Of a DNA stretch of 64,000 nucleotides, positions 9,981 through 22,300 are shown in pieces. The notes under the pieces were generated by a model. The model was given only the letters and a program-made list of their open reading frames with translations, had not been told where the DNA came from and did no database searches. Within the stretch, counting starts at the first letter, position 1, and each line of letters starts with the position of its first letter. The position numbers and the translations under genes are program-made. Source of the stretch: Clostridia bacterium (lineage in GTDB: Bacteria > Bacillota > Clostridia > Christensenellales > UBA1242); NCBI GenBank assembly GCA_041670165.1, contig JBAXZR010000004.1:6918-70917 (forward strand), given 5' to 3'.

Positions 9981-11183
9981 ATGGCTAAATCAAAATTTGA
10001 CAGAAGCAAAACGCATGTTAATATTGGAACTATTGGACACGTTGACCATGGTAAAACAACATTAACAGCTGCAATTTGCACTTACAGTGCTCTTCTTGGA
10101 AAAGCTGAAGCGATGAGATATGATCAAATCGATAAAGCTCCAGAAGAAAAAGCAAGAGGAATAACAATCAATACTTCTCATGTTGAGTATCAAACAGAAA
10201 AAAGACATTATGCACATGTTGACTGTCCCGGACATGCTGATTATGTTAAAAACATGATCACTGGTGCGGCTCAAATGGACGGAGCAATCCTTGTTGTTTC
10301 AGCTGCTGACGGTCCTATGCCTCAAACAAGAGAACACATCTTACTTGCTCGTCAGGTAGGCGTTCCATACATTCTTGTTTTCATGAATAAATGCGATCAA
10401 GTAGACGACGCAGAAATTCTTGAGCTTGTTGAAATGGAAATTCGTGAACTTCTCACAAAATACGGTTTCCCTGGAGACAAAACTCCAATCATCAAAGGTT
10501 CAGCTCTTAAAGCTCTTGAAGCTGCACAAGCTGGAAAGAAAGATGATCCTGCTTGCAAATGCCTTCAAGAACTTCTTGAAGCTTGCGACAGTTACATTCC
10601 AGACCCAGTTCGTGCAATTGATCAACCATTCCTTATGCCAATTGAAGATGTTTTCACAATCACTGGTCGTGGAACAGTTGCTACAGGAAGAGTAGATCGT
10701 GGTGTTGTTAGAATTAATGATGCTCTCGAAATTGTTGGTATGGGTTCAAGCAAAGAAACAGTTGTTACTGGCGTTGAAATGTTCAGAAAACTTTTGGACG
10801 AAGCTCGTGCTGGTGATAATGTTGGTTTGTTACTCCGTGGAATTAACAGAACTGATATTGAAAGAGGACAAGTTCTCTGCAAAAAAGGTTCAATTAAACC
10901 TCACACAGAATTTACTGCATCAGTTTATGTTCTTAAAAAAGAAGAAGGCGGACGCCATACTCCATTCTTCAATGGATATCGTCCTCAATTCTATTTCAGA
11001 ACAACAGATGTTACTGGAACATGCGAACTCGAGAAGGGTGTTGAAATGGTTATGCCAGGCGACAATGTTGCTATGACAATCAGCCTTATCACTCCAATCG
11101 CTATTGAAGAAGGTCTTCGCTTCGCTATTCGTGAAGGCGGAAAGACTGTTGGTTCAGGCGTTGTTTCAAAAATTATCAAGTAA
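9981..11183 (+). CDS. tuf: Elongation factor Tu
   Basis: [33 protein letters not shown]. Confidence 0.99.
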   Translation: MAKSKFDRSKTHVNIGTIGHVDHGKTTLTAAICTYSALLGKAEAMRYDQIDKAPEEKARGITINTSHVEYQTEKRHYAHVDCPGHADYVKNMITGAAQMDGAILVVSAADGPMPQTREHILLARQVGVPYILVFMNKCDQVDDAEILELVEMEIRELLTKYGFPGDKTPIIKGSALKALEAAQAGKKDDPACKCLQELLEACDSYIPDPVRAIDQPFLMPIEDVFTITGRGTVATGRVDRGVVRINDALEIVGMGSSKETVVTGVEMFRKLLDEARAGDNVGLLLRGINRTDIERGQVLCKKGSIKPHTEFTASVYVLKKEEGGRHTPFFNGYRPQFYFRTTDVTGTCELEKGVEMVMPGDNVAMTISLITPIAIEEGLRFAIREGGKTVGSGVVSKIIK

Positions 11184-11199
11184 TTTTTGTAGCTTAAAT

Positions 11200-11233
11200 A
11201 AAAATGTCAAACTTAATTGTTTGGCATTTTTTT
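11200..11233 (+). terminator. Rho-independent terminator after tuf
   Basis: AAAAATGTCAAAC...GTTTGGCATTTTTTT. Confidence 0.8.
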
Positions 11234-11526
11234 AAAATATTATATGCAAAAGAAATTTTAGAAAATAAAAAATAATAATGTTGTTAATCATACTTTTAAT
11301 TAATTTAAGAGAAATTGATAATTTATGAAAAAATTAATTAATTACTTTTTAAATATAAAATATTATTTATTTAATGAAAAGTTTTATGGATATCGCAAAG
11401 GAAAAGAAAAAGGATTTCTTATATTTTTTTTAAAAAAAGATTTTAAATTTGATAAATAAGATAAAACTATGTTAATATATAAAAATTAGAAAAAGCTAAT
11501 TTTTTTATAATTTTAAGGAGTAGAGT

Positions 11527-11928
11527 ATGACTTGGAAAGAATTGTATCATAGTGCCGAAAAATATTTAAATGAAAGAGATATTTCTCCATTTTTACATGG
11601 TGGACAAGTTGTTGCTGCAATAGAAACTGACAAGGGAAATGTTTATTATGGAGTTTGTCTTGATGCTGCTTGTGGTTGGGGATTATGTGCAGAAAGAAAT
11701 GCAATTTTAAACATGATAACAAACGGTGAAAGTAAAGTTGTGAAAGTTGTTGCCCTTGATAAAACTGGTTGCGGTTCACCATGTGGAGCTTGTAGAGAAG
11801 CTCTTATGCAACTTGATAAGGATAGTGGAGAAATGGAAATTCTTATTGATTTGGAAACAGAAAAAACTGTTAAATTAAAAGAGCTTGTTCCTGATTGGTG
11901 GGGCAAAGAAGAATTCAAAAATAAATAA
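11527..11928 (+). CDS. cdd: Cytidine deaminase (Cys-type, homotetrameric family)
   Basis: LCAERNA and PCGACRE zinc motifs; LKELVPDWW tail. Confidence 0.85.
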   Translation: MTWKELYHSAEKYLNERDISPFLHGGQVVAAIETDKGNVYYGVCLDAACGWGLCAERNAILNMITNGESKVVKVVALDKTGCGSPCGACREALMQLDKDSGEMEILIDLETEKTVKLKELVPDWWGKEEFKNK

Positions 11929-12038
11929 ATTAATTACATCAAATTAAAAAATCAAAATTAAGTTTTTGCTTTTTTAAACATTTCTAAAAACTTTGATTAA
12001 ATCAAATTTTATGATATTATCTAACTAGAGGTGAAAAA

Positions 12039-12902
12039 ATGTTTGGAGCAATTATTGGGGATATTGCTGGAAGCAATTTGGAAGTTGAAGAAATCTTGGC
12101 AAAAAAAAGTCAAAGCAAAATTTCGGCTAATATAAGACGCAAAGTTCTTGCTGACAGTTATGACATTTTTGACAGTAAGGGTTGTGCAACTGATGACACA
12201 ATTCTCACTATTGCTGTTGCCGACGCAATTTTAAATGACGGGAACTTTGAAAAATATATAAGAGCTTATGGAACAAGAGAAGAAAAATTAGGCAAAGATA
12301 ATTGGGGTAGAAGTCGTTTCGGTGGTCGCTTTGTTAAATGGCTTAGCCATGAAAATATTGAACCAAGCATTGGAAATGGTGCGTCAATGAGAGTTTCTCC
12401 TATCGGCTGGGCATATGATACTCTTGAAATAACACTTGAAATGGCAAAACAAAGTGCCAGTTGTTCTCATGACACTTTGGAAGCAATTAAAGGAGCACAA
12501 GCAGTTGCTGGCTCAATATTTCTTGCAAGAAAAGGAAAAAATTTGGAAGAAATAAGGGCTTTTGCAGAAAGAATATTGATTCAAAATTTAAATTTAAATC
12601 TTTCAGAGCTTCAAGAAAATTACGCATTCAATGCAACCACATTTGGTAGTGTGCCACAAGCAATATATTGTTTTTTGATTTCAAACAATTTTGAAGATTC
12701 AATCAAAAAATCACTTTCAATTGGTGGAGATTCTGACACCATTGCAGCTATTACTGGAAGCATTGCCGAAGCATATTGGGGCGTACCTAAAGAATTTAGA
12801 AATAGAGCAAAAAAATATCTTAAAGAAGAATATTTGAAAGTGGCACAAGAATTTGAATTTAGGTATGGCAAAAAAGAAATTTCAAATAATTTTACTAAAT
12901 AA
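12039..12902 (+). CDS. ADP-ribosylglycohydrolase (DraG/ARH family)
   Basis: GAIIGDIAGS, TDDT, GNGASMRVSP and GGDSDTIAAITGSIAEA. Confidence 0.9.
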   Translation: MFGAIIGDIAGSNLEVEEILAKKSQSKISANIRRKVLADSYDIFDSKGCATDDTILTIAVADAILNDGNFEKYIRAYGTREEKLGKDNWGRSRFGGRFVKWLSHENIEPSIGNGASMRVSPIGWAYDTLEITLEMAKQSASCSHDTLEAIKGAQAVAGSIFLARKGKNLEEIRAFAERILIQNLNLNLSELQENYAFNATTFGSVPQAIYCFLISNNFEDSIKKSLSIGGDSDTIAAITGSIAEAYWGVPKEFRNRAKKYLKEEYLKVAQEFEFRYGKKEISNNFTK

Positions 12903-12913
12903 AATTAATGTTT

Positions 12914-13393
12914 TCATTTCCTTGTCAAAACCGAAGATAAATTTTTAAGGCATTCAGCAGTTTTCTCCGCAAAGTGAATACAATCAGCATAAAAATTGTT
13001 GCCTTCAAAATTTTGTAGCATCAAAATTTCAATTTCATATATATTTGCAAAAATTGCAGGCACATTTTCTTTTTGAACTTTTTGATTTATGGCTTGAATT
13101 AAACAATAATCTTTTTGGGATTCAAGTCCAAACATTTCAAGGGCTTCTTTGCTTAAGTATTCAAGATTAGATATTTCATTATGTAAAAATTGTTTTGTGT
13201 TATCAAATAGCAATGATAATTTGTAAAAACAAATTGAAAGCTCTTTTACATGCCGTTCAAAAAACTGCGAATTTTTATGTGAAAGAGAAACAATCTTAAA
13301 CCCACGGTTTTGGAGAGCAGAAAAATATTCTTTGCTCATTTTTTCAACTAATTCTGGGCATAAACAAATTGCATCATCATCGTATTTTTGCAT
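12914..13393 (-). CDS. Hypothetical protein
   Basis: 159-aa ORF with AAGGTGA RBS; no motif recognised. Confidence 0.55.
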   Translation of the reverse strand: MQKYDDDAICLCPELVEKMSKEYFSALQNRGFKIVSLSHKNSQFFERHVKELSICFYKLSLLFDNTKQFLHNEISNLEYLSKEALEMFGLESQKDYCLIQAINQKVQKENVPAIFANIYEIEILMLQNFEGNNFYADCIHFAEKTAECLKNLSSVLTRK

Positions 13394-13724
13394 TTATCAC
13401 CTTTTAAAAATTAAGTAAAAATATTTTTACCTATTTGTGAAAATTATATGATTTAATTTCAATTAATGACACTTTGATTAACAATAACTAGGTTAATTAA
13501 TCACTAAAATTGTTATTTTTTTATTAAGTTGAATACTTATTTTAATTTTATTGGTTGCATCTATATGTTTTTTAATTGGAACAAATTTTGCCATAAACAA
13601 ATGCACATTTTTATTTAATGTTTCATTCTTTCACAAAATATTTAAAAAAGATTTTTAATAATGTTTAAATTTTAATATGTAATTTAAATAAATTTTTACA
13701 TTAAATATTAATCATTAAGTAATT

Positions 13725-14699
13725 TTAGCTATCAATGACAAATATTTGATTAATCTTTTCTTGAATTATTTCAAAATCTAAATACACAATTTTTTTATCA
13801 TTGTGAACCAAAGCAAAAATATTATTGTTACTGCTAGTTGGCAAAAAAACTAGTTCTTTTGAATTTTGAAAAGTGGAATATAAACTTTCAATAGTAATTG
13901 TGTTTCGTAAATTGGCTGTGATTAGCTTTTCTGCCGTGTAAAAGTCTTGAAGTTGAATGCATTCATAAAATGCAATTGGGCTTATTTTGGGTGAAAAAGC
14001 AAAGTTTGGCATGCCACTAACAAACATAAGTTCACTGTTTTCAACAACTTTTTTGTCTTCTTCAGAAATGGTGGTTAAGGTCGAATGGCCACAAATGGTT
14101 TGTTCAAAATTGTAAATTTGAATTTTATTGTCTTCAAATCCAAGACTATTTCCAACATAAATTTCAATTTTGTCATCTTTGCAATCAGTAAGCAAAATTG
14201 CTTTTTCTTCAACATTTTCACATAAAATTGCTAGTACTGACGCAAACTCAATTGCTTGAATACTATCAGCTAAAAAAGGTATTTTGCAGTGCAAGTTTTT
14301 ACCCTCATAAAAAAGACTAATCGCAGTTTCTTCGTTGAAACAACTTGCAAAGATTGATGCTTTTTTGCCTTCAAAAACTGCTTCTATTTGCCTTGTTTCA
14401 AAAACAAGTGACTGATTGTTTGATTTAGAGATAAAAACAAAAATGTTGTTATCATTTGCAAAATACACTTGAATATTTTCTGATGAACTTGGATTTTCAC
14501 TGCATGCAAAATCTAATTTTGTTGCATATGGAACACCATCATCACTTTCTAATGGAAAGACTTTTAAAATAGCTGTTGTCTGATTTTTAACTAGAAAACA
14601 TTTTGGAAAAGATAGCCTTTGAATTTCGCAAGAAATGTCATCTAAGCTAATGTTGCAGTTGTAAGAAGATTGAATACAAACATAAATATTATCTTTCAT
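13725..14699 (-). CDS. Hypothetical protein (probably leaderless)
   Basis: 324-aa ORF; TTCTAA-17-TATACT ends 6 nt before the ATG and there is no SD. Confidence 0.7.
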   Translation of the reverse strand: MKDNIYVCIQSSYNCNISLDDISCEIQRLSFPKCFLVKNQTTAILKVFPLESDDGVPYATKLDFACSENPSSSENIQVYFANDNNIFVFISKSNNQSLVFETRQIEAVFEGKKASIFASCFNEETAISLFYEGKNLHCKIPFLADSIQAIEFASVLAILCENVEEKAILLTDCKDDKIEIYVGNSLGFEDNKIQIYNFEQTICGHSTLTTISEEDKKVVENSELMFVSGMPNFAFSPKISPIAFYECIQLQDFYTAEKLITANLRNTITIESLYSTFQNSKELVFLPTSSNNNIFALVHNDKKIVYLDFEIIQEKINQIFVIDS

Positions 14700-14955
14700 G
14701 GTATTAGTATATTTTCTTTATATTTTATTTAGAAGCTTTGTTGATGTAATAAGAAATTGATTTTTAAAAAAAATCATTCCTATTTTTTTAAATTTTTTAA
14801 GAAATCATGGTTCAAATCAGTCCTTATTATTTCATAAGGCACATTGATTATAACAAGTTTAACATTGTCGCATGTAATAAAAGTTATTGTTTGAAATGTA
14901 TCATATATGGCAATAATTTTTTTAGTGAAGAAAAACTTCAACAAGGAGATTTGTT

Positions 14956-15783
14956 ATGAAAACACAAAAAACTGGTCTTTGGGAAGATAAGAAAGCAAAA
15001 GAATTATTTGATTTTATTGAAGAACAAAAGCAAAAAAATATTCCACTTATTAAGGCTTTTGACTTGTTTGCAGAAAAAACAGGAAGAAAACAAAATAGTG
15101 TAAGAAATTATTATTATTTTCAACTCAAACATTTTGAAAAAAATCCAACTGAAGCAAAAAAAACAGGCGTAATTTTGAATAATCACAGAAAAACAATTGC
15201 AAAGAAATTTTCTGATAAGGAAGAAAAAGAACTCATTGAAAAAGTCGACAAGCTTAGAAGTGAAGGAAAATCAGTAAGAAAAGCTTGTTTGCTACTTGCG
15301 AACAGTAACATTGCTGAAATGATAAGACTTCAAAACAAAATTAGACAGCTTAAAAAGAAAAATATGGGGTTTAATTCCACTTCTGTTCAGCAAAAAAATG
15401 TTGTTCAAATGCCAATCAAAAAAAACATTGTTTCAGAAAATGAAATAAGCAGTTTGTTTCTTGGTCTTGTAAAAATGGTTCAAAAGAATGCATTGCATTT
15501 AGCAGAAACAAAAGTTGTTTGTGAAAAACAAAGAATGCAAAGCGAAATAAATGAAGCACAAAAAAGTGTTAAGAATAAGGAAAATGAAATAGAAGCTTTG
15601 AAAAGAGAAAAATCGTTACTTTCCATAAAGTCAAAAGAGCTAGAAAAAGAACTTTTTGATTTTGTAAACAACAATAGCAAACCCACTCCAATTCAAAAAA
15701 AATCTGAAGCAAGACAAGAAAAACTTGCAAAAGTAATAAAAAACTTAGAAAAGAAATCAAACAAAACACAAAACAATGCTTAA
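14956..15783 (+). CDS. RsfA-like Myb/SANT-repeat transcriptional regulator with coiled coil
   Basis: W....LF..IE......LIKAF..FA..TGR...SVRNYYY resembles the RsfA N-terminal repeat. A second FSDKEEKEL repeat and a C-terminal coiled coil follow; AAGGAG RBS. Confidence 0.55.
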   Translation: MKTQKTGLWEDKKAKELFDFIEEQKQKNIPLIKAFDLFAEKTGRKQNSVRNYYYFQLKHFEKNPTEAKKTGVILNNHRKTIAKKFSDKEEKELIEKVDKLRSEGKSVRKACLLLANSNIAEMIRLQNKIRQLKKKNMGFNSTSVQQKNVVQMPIKKNIVSENEISSLFLGLVKMVQKNALHLAETKVVCEKQRMQSEINEAQKSVKNKENEIEALKREKSLLSIKSKELEKELFDFVNNNSKPTPIQKKSEARQEKLAKVIKNLEKKSNKTQNNA

Positions 15784-15929
15784 TTAAATAAATTTTTAAA
15801 TTTTATTGTTAGCTTAATGTAAGCATAACATAGAGTAATCAAAAAAATAATTGACTAAACTTGTAAAATATTTTAATTAAGTAAATATTCAAATTAAACG
15901 CAAAAAATATTTTCAAATACAATCTAATC

Positions 15930-15960
15930 AAAAAAGGTGAACAAATATGTTTGCCTTTTT
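15930..15960 (+). terminator. Rho-independent terminator
   Basis: AAAAAGGTGAACA-AATA-TGTTTGCCTTTTT. Confidence 0.65.
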
Positions 15961-16068
15961 ATTTTTCTATAATGAGTTAATATGCAAAAATCCAAAACAA
16001 ATTTTTGTTTAAATTTTTGGTTATATTTTTCATTGTTGCCTTCCTCGTTTTATGATAGAATTAGTTGT

Positions 16069-19000
16069 ATGAAAAAACTAACTCTAGTAACATCTCCATC
16101 TTTGTGGCTGGCAACAAAAACTTGCATAAGCCAAATTAATCTAACAAAAAACAACATTTTGTGTGAACATGTCATTGTTGTTCCTGATAGATTTTCTTTG
16201 CAAGCAGAAAATTTGATTTTTGATGAACTTGGTTTGGAAAGCACAATTAACATTTCTGTTGTTGGGCTTTCAAGGCTTGCTTCAATGGTACTTGAAGAAG
16301 CAAATATTGCAGTAAACAATCTTTCAACTCAAGGTTCAATTTTGGTTGTTAGAAAAGTTATATTAGAAAATATGAAAGATTTTACTTTTTTTCAAAAAAA
16401 ATCAGCTAGTCTTGGTTTTTGTGATGAAATTTTTAAAACAATCCAGCAACTTGTTGCAAGCAAGGTTAGTTATGAAGAACTTGTTACGGACAAGAGCAAA
16501 ATTTTGGGAGATAAACTACATGATATTGCTCTTGTTTACAAAGCTTATATTGGTGCAATAAAACACAAATTTGTTGACAGTGGTGAAAAATTTGAACTAT
16601 TTGAAAAAGCTATTGAAAAAAGCGAATTTGTTAAGAGTTCAAGATTTTATTTTTGTCAGTTTGATAGTTTAACTGAGCAGGGTGGAGCAATTTTTGAAAA
16701 AATATGTGAATATGCTGAAGAAGTATATGCCGCAGTTGTAACTCCAAATGGACAAAAAAATTCTTTTCTTTTCACAACTGATTTCTATGAAAAAATTTTG
16801 CTCTTAAAAAAAATGGATAGTGTAAACATTATAACTGCCCCAGTTCAATCAAATGTATATAAAAAGCACATTCAGGACAATCTTTTTGTTTCAAATTGTT
16901 CTTTTCTTGACGGCAAAAACCATTTTGAAGCAAAAAGTGCAATTTCACTTGAAGAAGAAGTGTTTTTTTGCGTTAGAAAAATCAAAGAACATGCTTTTTT
17001 GAATGGCACTCCATTAAACAAAATTGCAGTTGTGGTTAGCAATCTAGAAAACAAGAAGTTTGTTATTCAAAACATTTTTTCTGAGAACTCAGTTCCGTTT
17101 TTTATTGACTCATCAACTGCATTGTCTTCAACTGCTCTTTCTCAGCTTATTCTCAAAATGTTAAACATTTTCCCTTTGAGCAAAAAAGCAGTTGAACTTG
17201 TTAGCTTTTTTAAATCAGAATTCTTTGGCAATGACAATTTGTGTGAGCTAGAAAACTTTGTGCTTAAATATGGAATCAAAAAGAATGAATTGTTGACAAC
17301 TTTTAAGCGTGGACTTAATGAAAACAATTTTGAACTTATTGAAGAAACTAGAAAGAAAATTTCTGAAATGATTATTTTCATTGAAAATGGCATAAAAGAG
17401 GCTGATTCGTTTAAAGAAAAAACTGATTTTCTTTGTTTGTTTTTAGAAAAAATTCATGCCAAAGAAATGCTTGAAAAAATTAGACTTGAAGAAATAGAAG
17501 AAAAAAGGCTGTATAGCTCGAGAATATCAGAGCAAACCTTTGACAAATTTCAAGAGCTACTAACAAATGTATCCCTTCTTTTCTCTGAAGAAAAAATTTC
17601 TTGGGAAGATTTTTCGATGATTCTTGAAAGTGGAATGACTGCAACAAAAATTTCTGAAGTACCAATTTCAACAAATGTTGTATATATTGGTGATTCTGAA
17701 AAAAGCTTTTTTGGTGACTATGACATTATGTTTGTTATTGGTGCAAGCGAAGGAGATTATCCAAATGTAAAAATTGATTGTGGATTAATTTCTGACAGGG
17801 AAATTTTGGCGCTTGAAAATCTAAAAATTTCACCAACAATAAAAATGCTAAACAGCAGGGCCAGGTTTAAAGTTTTTGGTGATTTATGCTGTGCTTCAAA
17901 AAAGATTTATGCAACATTTTCTTCTGGCGATCAAGGAAAAGAAAATTTGCCATCTAGCATTGTTGTTGCTCTCAACAAAATTTTTTCTGTGGAAAAACGC
18001 CCATTACCAATTTTAACACTAAATGAAGAAGAATATGGGGCGTTAGTTGAAATAGAAAAGCTTGCATCTGGAGAGCAGAACATAAACGAATTAAATTTGC
18101 CTTTTCTTGCTTGTTCACAAAAAAATGCAGAAATTCTTTCTCTCAAATTTGAATCATATGAATTGCCAGAAGCTTCCTTGGCTTCTTCAATTTTAAACAA
18201 ACTTATTAATACTCATTTTTCAATTAAAAAATCTTTATCAAAAATTGAAAATGCTGAAAAGCTATTTTTTGGAACAGGTACAACTTCAGTGAGCAAAATT
18301 TCAACTTTTCTTACTTGTCCAAGGCTATTTTTCTTGACAGAAGGGCTTAAAGCAAAAAAACGAGAAGATTGCAAAGTTGAATCTAATGACATTGGAACAA
18401 TTTTGCATAAAGTTGCCGAAAGGTTTGCAAAAGAGAATTTAGCTAGTCTTGGAAAAATGACCAATGAACAAACTTTTTTGTGTGCAACAAAGATGGTTGA
18501 AGAAATTTTAAACATGGAAGAATTTTCATTTTTCTCTTGTAGTTCAGAAAATGCCTTTGTTGTTCAAGTTATCAAAAGTGAAGCAATAAACCTTTGCAAA
18601 GCAATCAATAATGAGCAAAAAAATTCACTTTTCAAACCAACATGTTTTGAAAAAAAATTTGGCAAAGGTTTTGTTTTTGGTGAAAGTGAAATTTATCTTA
18701 ACGATAAAAAAATTAATGTTATTGGAACAATCGACAGAATTGATGAACTAGATAATCTTTTTAGAATAATTGATTACAAAACTGGTTCTTCAAAGCAAAG
18801 TCTATCCGAAATTTTTTATGGCACAAACATTCAGCTTATGTTATATGCATATATTGCAAAAAAAGCACTTAAAAAAAATCTTGTAGGAAGCTGTATTTTC
18901 CCAATTTCAAATGCATTTGATCCTGAAGGTAAAAAGAAAACAAATGGCAGACTTACAGGTTTTATGACTGATGATGTTGAAATCCTTAAAAAAATGGATA

Positions 19001-19338
19001 CAGAAATATCCGAGTTGAATCCAAAAACAAATTTTTTGGACATATCTTTCACATCTAAACTTAAGTTGTACCCCAAAAAAACAATTATGAGCGAAGAAAA
19101 ACTTTCTTGTTTAAGCGATTATTCTTGGAAAGTGTTTAACAAGGCTGTTCATGATTTGGCAAGTGGATTAATTTCATGTTATCCAATTGCAAGTGGAAAA
19201 GATAAGTTGCCTTGCAGATTTTGCTATGCAAAAAGTGTTTGTCCATTTAATGAAAAAGAAAACAGTTTCAGATCTTTTGATGAAATAAATATTGAGGACT
19301 TGGAAAGAGCATTGAAAAATGAAGAGGAGAACAAATGA
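16069..19338 (+). CDS. addB: ATP-dependent helicase/nuclease subunit B
   Basis: IVVPDRFSLQAE, KLHDI, nuclease GTIDRID..IIDYKTG..QL..Y, and Fe-S cysteines (TCP and CRFC....CPF). Likely start is ATG 16069. Confidence 0.9.
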   Translation: MKKLTLVTSPSLWLATKTCISQINLTKNNILCEHVIVVPDRFSLQAENLIFDELGLESTINISVVGLSRLASMVLEEANIAVNNLSTQGSILVVRKVILENMKDFTFFQKKSASLGFCDEIFKTIQQLVASKVSYEELVTDKSKILGDKLHDIALVYKAYIGAIKHKFVDSGEKFELFEKAIEKSEFVKSSRFYFCQFDSLTEQGGAIFEKICEYAEEVYAAVVTPNGQKNSFLFTTDFYEKILLLKKMDSVNIITAPVQSNVYKKHIQDNLFVSNCSFLDGKNHFEAKSAISLEEEVFFCVRKIKEHAFLNGTPLNKIAVVVSNLENKKFVIQNIFSENSVPFFIDSSTALSSTALSQLILKMLNIFPLSKKAVELVSFFKSEFFGNDNLCELENFVLKYGIKKNELLTTFKRGLNENNFELIEETRKKISEMIIFIENGIKEADSFKEKTDFLCLFLEKIHAKEMLEKIRLEEIEEKRLYSSRISEQTFDKFQELLTNVSLLFSEEKISWEDFSMILESGMTATKISEVPISTNVVYIGDSEKSFFGDYDIMFVIGASEGDYPNVKIDCGLISDREILALENLKISPTIKMLNSRARFKVFGDLCCASKKIYATFSSGDQGKENLPSSIVVALNKIFSVEKRPLPILTLNEEEYGALVEIEKLASGEQNINELNLPFLACSQKNAEILSLKFESYELPEASLASSILNKLINTHFSIKKSLSKIENAEKLFFGTGTTSVSKISTFLTCPRLFFLTEGLKAKKREDCKVESNDIGTILHKVAERFAKENLASLGKMTNEQTFLCATKMVEEILNMEEFSFFSCSSENAFVVQVIKSEAINLCKAINNEQKNSLFKPTCFEKKFGKGFVFGESEIYLNDKKINVIGTIDRIDELDNLFRIIDYKTGSSKQSLSEIFYGTNIQLMLYAYIAKKALKKNLVGSCIFPISNAFDPEGKKKTNGRLTGFMTDDVEILKKMDTEISELNPKTNFLDISFTSKLKLYPKKTIMSEEKLSCLSDYSWKVFNKAVHDLASGLISCYPIASGKDKLPCRFCYAKSVCPFNEKENSFRSFDEINIEDLERALKNEEENK

Positions 19339-22300
19339 TTAATGAAGAAAAAAGCAAAATCAATTTTTTGCCAGAGCAAAACGAAGTTTTGTTGATTAAC
19401 GGACTTAGTCAACTTGTTTCTGCTTCAGCGGGTAGTGGAAAAACAACAGTAATGATTGAAAAAATTGCAAGAATTCTTAAAGATAAAACAAATCCTGTTG
19501 CCATTGATGAAATTTTGGTGCTTACTTTCACAAAGGCTGCGGCAGCTGAAATGAAACAAAGACTTTTTGAAAATTTGTCTGAGAATGCTTTAGAAAATCC
19601 AGATTTACAAGCAAAAATTGATGGTTTGCCATCAGCTAACATTTCAACAATAGACTCTTTTTGCCAAAGGCTTATTACAAAATGGTTTTATGTTTTGGAT
19701 ATTGATCCACTTTTTGCAGTTTTGGACGAAACAACAGCAAGTTATTACAAAAGTAAGGCATTTGACAATGCACTTGAAAAGCTTATTAAAGAAAATATTT
19801 ACGATTTTAATTTGCTTGCTGAAACCTTTGGCGGAAAAAGATCAGATTCTAAGCTAAGAACAATAATTTTTCAGCTTGATAATTTTTTGGTTTCTTTGGT
19901 TAATTCTGAAGAATGGATAAATGAGATTTCAACAAAATATATTTCTTGCCCTGAGCTAGGTTACAAAATTGTTAATGAACATGTTTGTTTTGAAATAAGC
20001 AAGTTGAAAAATGAAATTGAAAAATTTGTTTTGTTTAGTTCTGAACATGGCTATGAAAAAGCTACAAAATTTTTTAATCAAATTAAGAGCGATTTCGAAA
20101 GTGTGAAACTTGAAAAAAACATATTTGAAAATGCTCAAACAATGAGATGTATTAGTTTTGAAAATATAAAGTATTCAAATGACAGTGATGAAGATTTTTA
20201 TGAAAAATGCAAGAATTTTAATAAATATATAAAAGATACTTTTGCAAAAATTGAAGATTTTTTGCCAAGTGGATCGCCTGAACAAGAAAAAAAAGAAATG
20301 AATGAACTTCTTGCCGTAACAAAAATACTATTAAATTTGCTTAAAAACTATTCAGATGAATTTGCAAAAATTAAGCGAGCAAAAAAATGTATGGATTTTA
20401 ATGATCTTGAACATTTTGCTCTCAAACTATTATCGAACTCTGAAGTTCAAGAAAGCATAAAACAATCTTTTAAATATGTGTTTATTGATGAATATCAAGA
20501 CACAAATGCTGTTCAAGAAAAACTACTTGAACTTGTTTCAAACAAAAATAATCGTTTTATGGTTGGTGATGTTAAGCAAAGCATTTATGCGTTTAGACAA
20601 TCAGACCCAAAGATATTCATTGGAAAGGGTGAAAAATTAGCTAGTGGAGAAGGGGTTTTTCAAACATTAAATTCAAACTTCAGAAGCCAGCCAGCGATTT
20701 TAAATTTTGTCAACAAGCTTTTTGCCTTTGCCATGACAAAAGAAAATAGTGGCATTGATTACAAATCTTCATCGATGTTTAATCCATTAGCTTCTTTTGA
20801 TAATTCTTTTAAAAAATTTTCTGCCGTTGAAGTTTTAATTTCAGAAAACAAAATTGAAACAAAAGAAGAAAAAAAACAAAAAGATCATGTTTATTCAATT
20901 GCAGAATATATTCCAGAAAAGAATGCAAAAGAAAATGTGATTCAAAAAGAAGCTAAAATTGTTGCAAGTAAAATTTTTGAAATTAAAAATCAAAGAATAT
21001 ATGACAACAAAATCAAAGCATGGAGAGAAGTGAACTTTGGTGATTTTGTTATACTTTTAAGAACAAAAAAATCTTGCTTTGATTTTCAAGAAGCACTTCT
21101 AGATTTGAATGTGCCCGTAACTATGGTAACTCAGCCAAAGTTGTTTGAGAACAAATATGCCTTGCAAATGATTTCTCTTTGCAAAGTTGTTTCTTGCTTT
21201 CTTCAAGACGAACCACTTATAAATGTTCTTTTGAGTCGTTTTGGTGGCTTTGATGAAAATGAACTTGCACAAATTAGATTAGAAAATTCTTCAGAGCATT
21301 TTTTTCATAAATGTTTTTTAAGTTGTGCAAAAAACTCAGAGAGCAGTATTTTTGAAAAAGCAAACCAATTTGTTCGTTTCATTGAAACTTTGAAAAAGAA
21401 ATGTGGCAGAGAAGGCATCGCAGAAATGCTCAATTATGCTTTGAACGAAACCAACTTCGTTACTCATATCATGGTAGAAACCAAAGGCGACACTTCCCAA
21501 AGCATGATTGCAAACAAATTTGCAGAATATTTTAGAAACACTCCTTTTGAATTTGACCTTGATTCATTTTTAGATTATGCAGATAAAAATGAAAAAGAAC
21601 TTGCTGGTTGGACACTTTTTGAATCAAACAATTCTCAGGTAAAAATCACAACAATTCATGCAAGTAAAGGGCTTGAATTTCCAATTGTAATTTTGCCATT
21701 TTGCGGAAAACCACTATGCGATCACAAAGAGAATGGCGATGTTTTGCTTTCAAAAAATCTTGGTATTGCAATTAAGCATTGCGACACAGAAGAAAAGATT
21801 TCAAAAAAGTTAAGCCCATGGAAAATAATTAGCATTGAAAAAGAAAAGGAAGAGCTCGCTGAAGAACTAAGAATTTGGTATGTGGCTCTTACAAGAGCAA
21901 AAAATCATCTGTTAATTTGTGGAACAATTGACTCCTTAAAAAAAATTGAAATCGGTTCAACCATTCAAAAAAAAGACTCCATCTTGGAACTTATTATGAA
22001 AAGTCTTGATAAAAATGAGCTTAAACAATTTAAACAAGAACGCAAACTTAGCTTTTTGGAAAATGGAAATGATTGTGTTTTTGAAATTTTTGATGATTTG
22101 GATTTTGCAATTAACAATCAAAGTGTTGAAGAAGAATTGTTTATTGACTCAAAAGAAAGAGAAAAAATTGAGAAACAAATTGAAAATGTTATAAAATTTT
22201 CATTTGAACAAAGCAAATTCTTTTTAAAAAACAGTGTTTCATCAATTATAAATAATGGTGAAGAAGTTTTTACAATTAAAGAAAAAAGTGAAGAAAGTGA

